Shown in pieces: positions 18,110-26,033 of a stretch of 64,000 bases of DNA. Within the stretch, counting starts at the first letter, position 1. Each line of letters starts with the position of its first letter. The DNA lies in contig CP070837.1 in assembly GCA_020341815.1 (NCBI GenBank), positions 8,034-72,033 on the forward strand. The letters run 5' to 3'. The translations under genes and the position numbers were made by a program. The stretch is from Candidatus Omnitrophota bacterium (GTDB lineage: Bacteria; Omnitrophota; Gorgyraeia; JAFGHF01). Below the pieces are notes generated by a model, which was not told the origin of the DNA, made no database searches, and saw only the letters and a list, made by a program, of their open reading frames with translations.

Positions 18110-18811
18110 TTATTTACGAGGACAAATAGAGCATGGAGATCTATTTGAAATACACGTATAAACGTTTATGCCATCAACTCTATGAAAATCTGCATCAATA
18201 ACAATAAAGTCATTTATGCCAGCTTCTTGCGCAATAGCAATATTAAGAGCATCTGCTGGTAAGATATTATACAGTTCTACAATATTGCACATCTTTTCGG
18301 TGACAGTCTCTGTTGTCTTCGTTTGCAGATGATCTGCTTCTAAAACGGCAATTGGAATAGCCATAATCCTCTCATAATAATATTTTAGTAAATGGTAATA
18401 CTTAGCAATTAATTCGTGATGATCTTTTAATAATTCGGATAATGGATTTTTTCTTCCTTTATCTTTATATTCTTGAATATGCCTATCATAAGGGGTAGTA
18501 AAGAAATCTACAGATTCTACTTTATTTTTCAAAATATAAAAAAAGAACTCATTCAAAACATAATTATCTGTAAATAAACAAATTTCTTCAGATTTCGCTT
18601 TTGTTTCTAAAAGAGTCAAAAAATCACTGCAAATAATATTTATTCTGGAAAAAATTTTCTCTGGAACAGGAAAAAAAGAATTGATGAGAAAAGAAGTATC
18701 TATAAAAAAGAAATCTGGAAAATTAAATCCAGATTTTTTAGTATTATTAAATTTATATATCGTCGCTGGCATAGAAGTTTTTTTTGTTATCTTTTTCAAA
18801 ATATTTCTCAT
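18110..18811 (-). CDS. long PIN-like nuclease domain protein (about 220 aa), third gene of a coupled operon
   Basis: FFFIDTSFLIN (first Asp) ... TDNYVLNEF ... DALNIAIAQEAGINDFIVIDADF (distal Asp pair), with a roughly 90-aa insertion between. Alternative start M14 at 18772. Confidence 0.5.
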   Translation of the reverse strand: MRNILKKITKKTSMPATIYKFNNTKKSGFNFPDFFFIDTSFLINSFFPVPEKIFSRINIICSDFLTLLETKAKSEEICLFTDNYVLNEFFFYILKNKVESVDFFTTPYDRHIQEYKDKGRKNPLSELLKDHHELIAKYYHLLKYYYERIMAIPIAVLEADHLQTKTTETVTEKMCNIVELYNILPADALNIAIAQEAGINDFIVIDADFHRVDGINVYTCISNRSPCSICPRK

Positions 18812-19100
18812 TATCTAAGGTAACTTGATCGGGGAAGGTAATATTCGAAATCTCACCTTTCTTTGAAGCCAATATTTTAGCTTTTGCCAAAGCTAATTTA
18901 TAGAATGATTTTAATTTATTCTTTTTTTCTTCTTTTAATTCGCTAAAAATTAAATTATCTGTTACTTTCTTTAAATAGTGCTCCAGGATTCTTTTCTTAT
19001 TAGTAAACCGCATTTCCTCTTGGCTAATCAAGACAACATCTTTATCATCCTCGATATGCCAAATTTCTAGGCCGATATCTTTCTTGAGTATTTTATGCAT
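18753..19100 (-). CDS. 115-aa hypothetical protein, middle gene of the operon
   Basis: Start at the ATG embedded in AATGCATAA (overlaps the stop of the upstream gene); the track's longer N-terminus would overlap the upstream ORF by 178 nt and is rejected. Confidence 0.45.
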   Translation of the reverse strand: MHKILKKDIGLEIWHIEDDKDVVLISQEEMRFTNKKRILEHYLKKVTDNLIFSELKEEKKNKLKSFYKLALAKAKILASKKGEISNITFPDQVTLDNEKYFEKDNKKNFYASDDI

Positions 19101-19701
19101 TTTTATTTTCTTTTTGTTTGATAAAAGCTGCCGAAAAATTCTTTGATTTTTTAATGGTATCCTTAAGATATCCAAAGCTATAACTATTAATGTGCTCCGA
19201 AAGAACTTGAAGAAAGATATCATCTGCCTTACAACGATGACATTTCTGAATATCCAAAATAATAGAATCAACTTCTCTATGCTCTGGAAAAGAAATTCTC
19301 ATACCATTCAAAATTACTTTTCCAAAGCCACTTCTTTTTTCTTCAAAAACCACTGGCAGAGCAGGATCAGTTTCAAAATCTTTCCTTGAATAATGAAATG
19401 TCATTCTTGAAAAAATAGTTATTTTTTCTGTAAAGTTTTTCTCGAAAAAGTCTGAAGTTTTTTTGAAATTCTCTATATCTTTTTTTTCGAAGCTAGGATA
19501 ATCAGGAATAGTAACGGTAAGTTGATAAGCAGTAGTAGAATTTGGTTTTTGTTCAGGCAATTCAATCAGACTAAAAAGTTCTTTCTGTACATGGATAAAG
19601 TTAGAGTATTCTTTATAAAGTCTTTTTTCTATAGCCAATTCAGTAACTAACTTGGCATAATAGAAATGCCTATTTTTTATTAAATTTATAAACTCTTGCA
19701 T
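19093..19701 (-). CDS. 202-aa hypothetical protein, first gene of the operon
   Basis: No recognisable motif; 146-bp AT-rich promoter region upstream. Confidence 0.45.
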   Translation of the reverse strand: MQEFINLIKNRHFYYAKLVTELAIEKRLYKEYSNFIHVQKELFSLIELPEQKPNSTTAYQLTVTIPDYPSFEKKDIENFKKTSDFFEKNFTEKITIFSRMTFHYSRKDFETDPALPVVFEEKRSGFGKVILNGMRISFPEHREVDSIILDIQKCHRCKADDIFLQVLSEHINSYSFGYLKDTIKKSKNFSAAFIKQKENKNA

Positions 19702-19846
19702 AGTTTGTGATATCTAATTGTAATATTTATTAACAAAAGTTATTTTAGCACAAATTTCGATAAAAGTCAATTATATTTATAATTGCCCAAATTGTCCAGA
19801 AACATAACTTATTTCCTCTTAAGCAGTTGCAACAATTCACCAATTC

Positions 19847-20638
19847 TCAAAAACCAACTTTGTATTTTTTCAGAAATAAATCTAATTCTTGTTTCTTTCC
19901 TAGTTCAAATAAATCATTATATACAGATAGGAATGTATGCATGTATTCAATTGTTAAAATCATATTTGTTATTATATTGCAATATGATGGGTCAGAAGAA
20001 AAATATGTATATTCTTCAGTACGCTTCACTTCTTGGATGATTCCAAGCATTGAGGGGTGTGAAATTAAGCAGCACATACGATATACAAGATTATATTCAT
20101 TTGACATACCAACTACTTCGGCCATTCTTTCAACGGATTTCCCCGACCAAGTAGAAAGACCATTTTTAACTTTAAAATTTACTTTATATTCTTTAACTTT
20201 AGCCAAAATTTCGGGTTCTTTTGATAGAATTGATTTCTGTAACTTTTTGCTCTCAACTTGTTTATTTGTTTTCCAATATTTCAATTGCTTTCTCATCAGT
20301 AGCCATTTGTATTCTTCAAATCTTTGAGCAAGCTCATTAGGATTTTTATTCAAAATTATATATTTTGTAGTAATCAAATTTTCTAATAGTGATCTCATAA
20401 GTATTAGGGCGCTCATACCATGACCTTCTTGGCAGAGCAAATCAATAGATTTATAATGTCTAATTGATGTATTAAATAGATATAGAAAGGTGTTCTTATA
20501 TTTTGGTATTCTGCTTGGTCGAAAGTTATTTGATGATTGATTAAAGACGATAAGTAATGTGTCTATTAAATGATATAAATTATCGGCGCATTCAAATAGT
20601 TCTTTATTTTTTTTAAGATTTTCATGTTTAAAAGCCAT
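19847..20638 (-). CDS. hypothetical protein with HEPN-like Rx6H motif (RMCCLISHPS), candidate abortive-infection-type RNase
   Basis: 263 aa; the R-x6-H-x-S motif lies in a predicted helical C-terminal region. Confidence 0.35.
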   Translation of the reverse strand: MAFKHENLKKNKELFECADNLYHLIDTLLIVFNQSSNNFRPSRIPKYKNTFLYLFNTSIRHYKSIDLLCQEGHGMSALILMRSLLENLITTKYIILNKNPNELAQRFEEYKWLLMRKQLKYWKTNKQVESKKLQKSILSKEPEILAKVKEYKVNFKVKNGLSTWSGKSVERMAEVVGMSNEYNLVYRMCCLISHPSMLGIIQEVKRTEEYTYFSSDPSYCNIITNMILTIEYMHTFLSVYNDLFELGKKQELDLFLKKYKVGF

Positions 20639-20818
20639 ATTTTTATATTCACTTCATATAATGCTTGAGATAATCTGTCTTTTTCGCATAGCTAAAAAAG
20701 TTAGATTGAGCGATTTGATAAAGGTTTAATTTATAAATATTTCACATAAAATCAGGTGACAATACCTATTTAGTAATTAAGTATTGTCCCTCGATTTGTG
20801 TCATTTTCGCTCTCTTGT

Positions 20819-21157
20819 TTAAGGTAAAGCTACTGGTACGCTAAACTTAATTCGGCTTACTGAGGAATTCTCTTTGCGGGATTCACCTTGACTGCCAAGT
20901 CCGACTGATCCAACAAAAACACCAATGCCACCTTTTGTGCCCTGTCGTTCCACTGCAGTTATTGCTACATCAAATTCAACTATAGTTACAGTTTTATGGC
21001 CGCTCATTTTCATCAGGCCTTGTTTCACAATATCTTTTGTATCCCCCCAAACACCTGGATTAATGTCGGCACCGGATGTGGATTCAGATTCCTTAGCATT
21101 TTTAATGCCTGTAATTAACTCTTCTAAGGTTTTTGACACAAAGTCACTTAAATTCAT
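20819..21157 (-). CDS. small protein resembling the Trypco2 (trypsin-co-occurring domain 2) fold
   Basis: N-terminal amphipathic helix (LEELITGIKNA) followed by Gly-rich beta hairpins VEFDVAITAVERQGTKGGIGVFVGSVGLGSQGES...IKFSVPV. Only gene in the window with a perfect AGGAGG SD at -7. Confidence 0.35.
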   Translation of the reverse strand: MNLSDFVSKTLEELITGIKNAKESESTSGADINPGVWGDTKDIVKQGLMKMSGHKTVTIVEFDVAITAVERQGTKGGIGVFVGSVGLGSQGESRKENSSVSRIKFSVPVALP

Positions 21158-21289
21158 ATGGATCCTCCTATTGAAATCTGGAAATCTGAAATCTAAAAAT
21201 CCGTATGCTTTAGATTACGGGAACATAATATTTATTTATTAGATTTTAAAGCTAATTAAGTGTTGATCCCTAGAATTTTCCGATTGGTT

Positions 21290-22381
21290 TTATTTTCCAG
21301 ATTTTGTTCGGTTATCTTGTTTGCACAACATTTGACAATTTTCTGCAACAGTCTTTCCACCTTCATGCCATGGCTTTATATGATCAGCTTCCATTCCTTC
21401 TATCTCAAAGCGTTTCTTGCATTTTACGCATTTACCTTTTTGCCTTTCATATGCTTCTCTCTTTTGTTTATCTGTGAATGCTCTAATATTCAAAAATTTC
21501 TCATTTCGGGTTAAAATATATGGATAAATTCCGGATTTCTTCGTTACTTCGTCATCTAGCATTAATTCTTTGATTTCAGTTTCCAATTTATTAGAGTTCA
21601 GTCTCTTCTTTTTGAACTCGTTATGCAGCCCGCCCCATTGCACACCACTCATTTCTCGGCGATAATTTATAAAAGTCTTTCGCACCCACTCAATCACATC
21701 TTGAAAGTATTGCCATAATTCTTCAGCATTCTGACTATGCTGATGTTTGGCCATATAATCTTCTATCTTGCCATTGTTAATCCACGAAAGTGCAGTTTCT
21801 AAATACTCTTGTCGTATTGGCGATCCACTTACTAATTGTCCCCCATCATTTGCTAGAAGGTATGCTGCACAATTTGATTTGCTAAATTTCAATTTAGCGT
21901 CGCTCAACCATGGCCCAGTATAAACTGCATTGCGTATTTCTTGATCAGTCAATTTTACACCGGCAATGTTGATAATCCTAAACCAGTCTAACCGCTCTTT
22001 GTCTGTGCCTTCGCAGAAGTAAATCATTAGTTCATAATCCAAAATTTTATCCTGCTCCTCTTTGGTTAGATTATGAAAAAAGCAGTTATTCAGTGAAAAA
22101 TCGTTATAAACATATTGTCCTATACTAATAGTGCGCTGTTGGCCGTCCAGCATTTCGTAGCCGCCATCTTCTCTGATCATCCAATACATCACATTCAGCG
22201 GAAAGCTGTTTTTGATAGTTTCTATCACGGCATTACGTTGCTTTTCCTTGTATACAAACTCACGCTGATATTTTGGACGAATATTCAATTTGCCGTCATA
22301 AGCCGTCACGCCTTCTTCAGCACTATCTTTATAATCGGCTATTACCTTACGAATTGGAATTTTATGTAGATCGATTTTCAT
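21290..22381 (-). CDS. DUF262 (ParB/Srx-like, DGQQR) domain protein with C-terminal HNH endonuclease, GmrSD/SspE-like
   Basis: MLDGQQRTISI motif; C-terminal CVKCKK...EADHIKPWHEGGKTVAENCQMLCKQDN HNH motif. Confidence 0.75.
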   Translation of the reverse strand: MKIDLHKIPIRKVIADYKDSAEEGVTAYDGKLNIRPKYQREFVYKEKQRNAVIETIKNSFPLNVMYWMIREDGGYEMLDGQQRTISIGQYVYNDFSLNNCFFHNLTKEEQDKILDYELMIYFCEGTDKERLDWFRIINIAGVKLTDQEIRNAVYTGPWLSDAKLKFSKSNCAAYLLANDGGQLVSGSPIRQEYLETALSWINNGKIEDYMAKHQHSQNAEELWQYFQDVIEWVRKTFINYRREMSGVQWGGLHNEFKKKRLNSNKLETEIKELMLDDEVTKKSGIYPYILTRNEKFLNIRAFTDKQKREAYERQKGKCVKCKKRFEIEGMEADHIKPWHEGGKTVAENCQMLCKQDNRTKSGK

Positions 22382-22382
22382 A

Positions 22383-23435
22383 TTATTTTTTCACTTTCTT
22401 GTTTTTAATTAAAATACGAGCATATATTTCTTGACCATTTATCGTAAATCTCTTTCCATAATTCGGATTATCTTTGACATACCTATCAATACCAATAATT
22501 TCAAACTGCTCGGGGTTATATTTATCAACAAATGTAATTGGAACACCCATTACACCTTTATAATCCATTGGGATATCAATGTATCTATTTATATTAATAG
22601 CATTGTAGCTATCATATTTAGGATAATCCTCTGGGCTATATTTTTTATATAAAGTTAATTCTTCATGACGTTTTGCAGTATCCAAATTTGTAAACCACAG
22701 AATACGACCCATACTTAAATATTTCACACCGTTTTCAATCTTCTTCCTTGATTCTGTTGGTATGTCATAATCCATGGGTACCTGGAACCACTTCGTGCCA
22801 CCGTTATCATAACCAAGCCACAATTTATTTTCTTTGATATAGCCGAAAATTTCTTTATAAGAAATAGCGTTCTGATCACCAAGAATCAAAAACTTCTTGT
22901 TATATTCCATTAGCTGTGCAACATATTCCCGAAACAGAGAAAAAGGCGGATTGGTTACAACTATGTCGGCTTGCTTGAGTAATTCTATACACTCATCGCT
23001 GCGGAAATCGCCATCACCTTCAAGGGGAGATGAAGTATTAACATCATGTCTTAGCAACCACTCTACATCTGTAATATCAACAGCGCCGTCGGCATTAACA
23101 TCTGAAATCTCCCTTATTTCAATTTTAAATGGCTCTTTGCCTTTCGGCTTTAACCCTTCCATTTCAAACAACAACAGCTGACCGCCCACAATTGGCGACT
23201 TAATATAGCTTGTGGTAATAAGCTTCTTTAGTTTTAGTGGTTTAAAATTAGCAGCGAAATATTTAAAAAAATTACTCTCAAAGGGATCATCGCAATTACA
23301 GTAAACAACCTTGCCACGAAATTGTTCTTTGTAGTGTCTTAGCTCTTTTTCAATATCAACGAGCTGGGTATAAAACTCATCTTTTTTTGCTTTGCTTGCC
23401 TTATGTAAGTTTTTATTTAAAGATTTAGTTCCCAT
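22383..23435 (-). CDS. N6-adenine DNA methyltransferase (FYT motif X-like ... NPPF motif IV) with embedded EF-hand/dockerin-like Ca-binding loop
   Basis: DEFYTQLV near the N-terminus, IVVTNPPFSLF catalytic motif, DVNADGAVDITD 12-residue DxNxDGxxDxxD loop; stop overlaps the start of the DUF262-HNH gene. Confidence 0.6.
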   Translation of the reverse strand: MGTKSLNKNLHKASKAKKDEFYTQLVDIEKELRHYKEQFRGKVVYCNCDDPFESNFFKYFAANFKPLKLKKLITTSYIKSPIVGGQLLLFEMEGLKPKGKEPFKIEIREISDVNADGAVDITDVEWLLRHDVNTSSPLEGDGDFRSDECIELLKQADIVVTNPPFSLFREYVAQLMEYNKKFLILGDQNAISYKEIFGYIKENKLWLGYDNGGTKWFQVPMDYDIPTESRKKIENGVKYLSMGRILWFTNLDTAKRHEELTLYKKYSPEDYPKYDSYNAININRYIDIPMDYKGVMGVPITFVDKYNPEQFEIIGIDRYVKDNPNYGKRFTINGQEIYARILIKNKKVKK

Positions 23436-23659
23436 ATTTTTATTAGGATTTGGTCCTAATTACCTAATGTTACTTTCTTCCTACTAATTCATCCAAGCTA
23501 ACCCCAAAAGCATCGGCAATCTTAACCATGGTTTGAATTGTGGGTTGCTTTGCGATACTTTGTTCGATTATGTATTTTACTTGCCTTTGTCAAGAAATTA
23601 GTATTGCGTCCCCTGATCTGCATGATTCTGCGATTCTGTAGAGGAATATCCCGTTTATC

Positions 23660-24973
23660 TTATTGCTCAATCTTACAACCCTCCTTTGACACTCTTAACC
23701 ATCCATATTTCTTTGTAAAGATATCGAGTACATCATTATTTGTAATTTCTCCCTGTTCTTTCAGATAGAGCAGATTTAATAGATCAATTGTCCTCATAAT
23801 TAACACCTTCTTTTCAACTGCTAACTTTACTTGCTCTGAATTTACTTCGCGCAATTTGTCTGCAATACTATTTGCTGATTTTATAAATGAATTCACAATT
23901 AATATAGTTGGAAATTTAGACGATTTCCCTCTGCGACCTCTATGTGAGTCTGCTTGATAAACATTAGGACTTTTAATATTTTCGTTTACTCCCTTTATTT
24001 CCAAAAGAGCTATCTCTTTATTATCTTTGTCAAGTATTGCTCTGTCTTCTATGTATTCGTCTTTTTTAGTATCTATGTTAAAGCTAAACCCTTCTTTCAA
24101 TACATCTACCACACTATCAACTAATGGATTATCACTATAACAAAGGCATCTTTTATATTTTTTATACACCTCTTTTCCTGCAAGTAGTGCCTCTATCTTA
24201 TTCTGTAATGCTACTTCTTTTTTCAAGATAGCTTCTTCTTCTTGAAACTTATAGTCGTCTACCCAAGATGGTATTTCTTGAACTAATTTCTTTGAAGTAG
24301 CCACTAAAGATGAAACGAGTTCCTTAAAAAAATGATCTATTTCGTCTATTGATGGTATCCGACACGGGATAATATAATGGCTGTCAAACAAAATGAAGCC
24401 CGCTAGAGTACGATAGCCTGCATCACAAATCTTTTTTACATACGGTTCAAAGAATGAATTATAGGAAAATTTTACCTTTGCTATGCCATAGTCTTTCAAG
24501 AATTGCAGAAATTCCCCTTTATAAGTCTTTGTAATTCCACAATCCCCACCTAAAGGATACCTATAGAAACCATCATAATTTAGAAGCAGTTTGCATAAGC
24601 CAGTCTGTTTCAGATTTAAGTCATCCTGACCTCTTATATAATCAACAAATTCTGAATGGATGAGGAAGCAAATAAATCCTCCTCTCTCGCGTAATTGTAA
24701 AGTTTGATTTCTTCTTTTTACTAATTCATCTCTCCGATATCGCAAATATTTTTGTGCATAGAGGCCATCTGTTGATTCAACACTTTCAAATGTAGACTGG
24801 AATAAAACTACGCCATTATAATCTTGAAACCTTTTAGCTGTTTCGAAAGGTTCAAAATCTATTTCAAAGTTTTTGGTTTTGATGGTTGACTGCGGAATAC
24901 TTAAGTCGAAACGCTCAATACCATATACAAGAATACGTGGTAAGGTAGAACCTTGAATTTGTTTAGCATCCAT
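23660..24973 (-). CDS. hypothetical protein with C-terminal PD-(D/E)xK nuclease-like core, candidate restriction endonuclease
   Basis: ...EDRAILDKDNKEIALLEIKG (D ... ExK spacing typical of the restriction-endonuclease fold); N-terminal 300 aa unassigned. Confidence 0.4.
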   Translation of the reverse strand: MDAKQIQGSTLPRILVYGIERFDLSIPQSTIKTKNFEIDFEPFETAKRFQDYNGVVLFQSTFESVESTDGLYAQKYLRYRRDELVKRRNQTLQLRERGGFICFLIHSEFVDYIRGQDDLNLKQTGLCKLLLNYDGFYRYPLGGDCGITKTYKGEFLQFLKDYGIAKVKFSYNSFFEPYVKKICDAGYRTLAGFILFDSHYIIPCRIPSIDEIDHFFKELVSSLVATSKKLVQEIPSWVDDYKFQEEEAILKKEVALQNKIEALLAGKEVYKKYKRCLCYSDNPLVDSVVDVLKEGFSFNIDTKKDEYIEDRAILDKDNKEIALLEIKGVNENIKSPNVYQADSHRGRRGKSSKFPTILIVNSFIKSANSIADKLREVNSEQVKLAVEKKVLIMRTIDLLNLLYLKEQGEITNNDVLDIFTKKYGWLRVSKEGCKIEQ

Positions 24974-25094
24974 TTATTTCACCTCATCTCTATGAAAACT
25001 ACAGGAAATTCTTTGGCCAGCAAAATCACATTGACTTTTATTTTACCCCTTTTTGTTGACTATAGCAAGGTAAAAGTACTTGGACAATGGAGAG

Positions 25095-25334
25095 TCATTT
25101 GGCCTTTTTAGACCAATGAAATAGGGCTATTTTGATGGAAATTGGGATTGGTTTGCCCTTTCGGGGCCTGCAATGACGTCTGAGGCGTAAAATCCAGCCC
25201 TTTGGAAACCAGATTTCCCTGCCATCAAACTCGATTAGGATGGCTTTGGGGGTTTCTTTGATGAGAAGGGCGTTTATCCAGACATATTCCGGGGGATTTA
25301 AGGCATATTTGAGCCAAAATTTGAGGCTAAACAT
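25095..25334 (-). CDS. small hypothetical protein
   Basis: 79 aa, overlaps the upstream wHTH gene by 8 nt. Confidence 0.35.
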   Translation of the reverse strand: MFSLKFWLKYALNPPEYVWINALLIKETPKAILIEFDGREIWFPKGWILRLRRHCRPRKGKPIPISIKIALFHWSKKAK

Positions 25335-25815
25335 AGGTTTTTCTTGCTTTTCTCAGGTTTCTAAGGCCTTCTTTTAGCCAATCTGGGGCAATATAAGGCT
25401 TTTCGCAAAGGGGTTTTGGCTGTTCAGTAAATTCGGATCTCCTTTTTCTGATCTTCTTAGTGGTAATTTCTTTATGGGCAGTGGCGCGGCGCTGCTTGAG
25501 CTCTATTCTGTCAACCGGAAGATCCTGGAGCTCTACCCATATCTTTGGCTTTTTGTTCTTGTGGCCGGAAACCATCCCCTTTTCAGTAGCAATCAGGCCC
25601 ATATCTTTGAGCTCTTGGCGTGCTTTGTATATTGTCGCATTGGCCAGGCCGGTGGCTTCTTTTAATGCTTTTGCTCCATAGCAGCTTCTGCCCTCTGCCC
25701 CACCTGCTAAGACATAAAGAATGTAGAGCTTGGCGGCTGAGGCGGACATTTCCTTTAAGAATCCTAATTCTTTAAGGTCCCTGTCTATCCAGCCAAATGG
25801 GTAAAGTGTTCTCAT
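25327..25815 (-). CDS. winged-helix DNA-binding protein (phage/plasmid replication-organiser or regulator type)
   Basis: LYILYVLAGGAEG...ATIYKARQELKDMGLI wHTH followed by a basic tail. Confidence 0.45.
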   Translation of the reverse strand: MRTLYPFGWIDRDLKELGFLKEMSASAAKLYILYVLAGGAEGRSCYGAKALKEATGLANATIYKARQELKDMGLIATEKGMVSGHKNKKPKIWVELQDLPVDRIELKQRRATAHKEITTKKIRKRRSEFTEQPKPLCEKPYIAPDWLKEGLRNLRKARKTYV

Positions 25816-25865
25816 AGTTTAAATATTCTATTTCAATATCTATTTAATACTTATATAGAGAGTTC

Positions 25866-25915
25866 AAATTTTGAACTATGCCCTGCTTAAAGCTGAGTTC
25901 AAAAATTGAACTATG
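25866..25915. promoter_or_regulatory. two copies of the palindromic operator GTTCAAAnnTTTGAAC-TATGC
   Basis: agttcaaattttgaactatgc and agttcaaaaattgaactatgc 24 bp apart, upstream of the wHTH gene and next to the attL side. Confidence 0.4.
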
Positions 25916-26033
25916 CTTTAAAATAAAAAAAGGGAAGCTACCCTGCACCGTATGGTACAGAACAACTTCCCTTAATTTTGGTAACCTTTTATAACTGTTT
26001 AAGTTATAAAAGTGTCCGAATCGATGGCGTCCC

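Noticed and set aside
18753-19271. Full-length 172-aa version of the middle operon gene
   Set aside because: Its first 57 codons overlap the upstream gene out of frame by 178 nt. The internal ATG embedded in AATGCATAA gives a clean coupled start.
21184-21216. gaaatct x3 tandem as a possible CRISPR-like or microsatellite array
   Set aside because: It has only three 7-nt units and no spacer structure. It is noted only as part of the AT-rich leader of the Trypco2-like gene.
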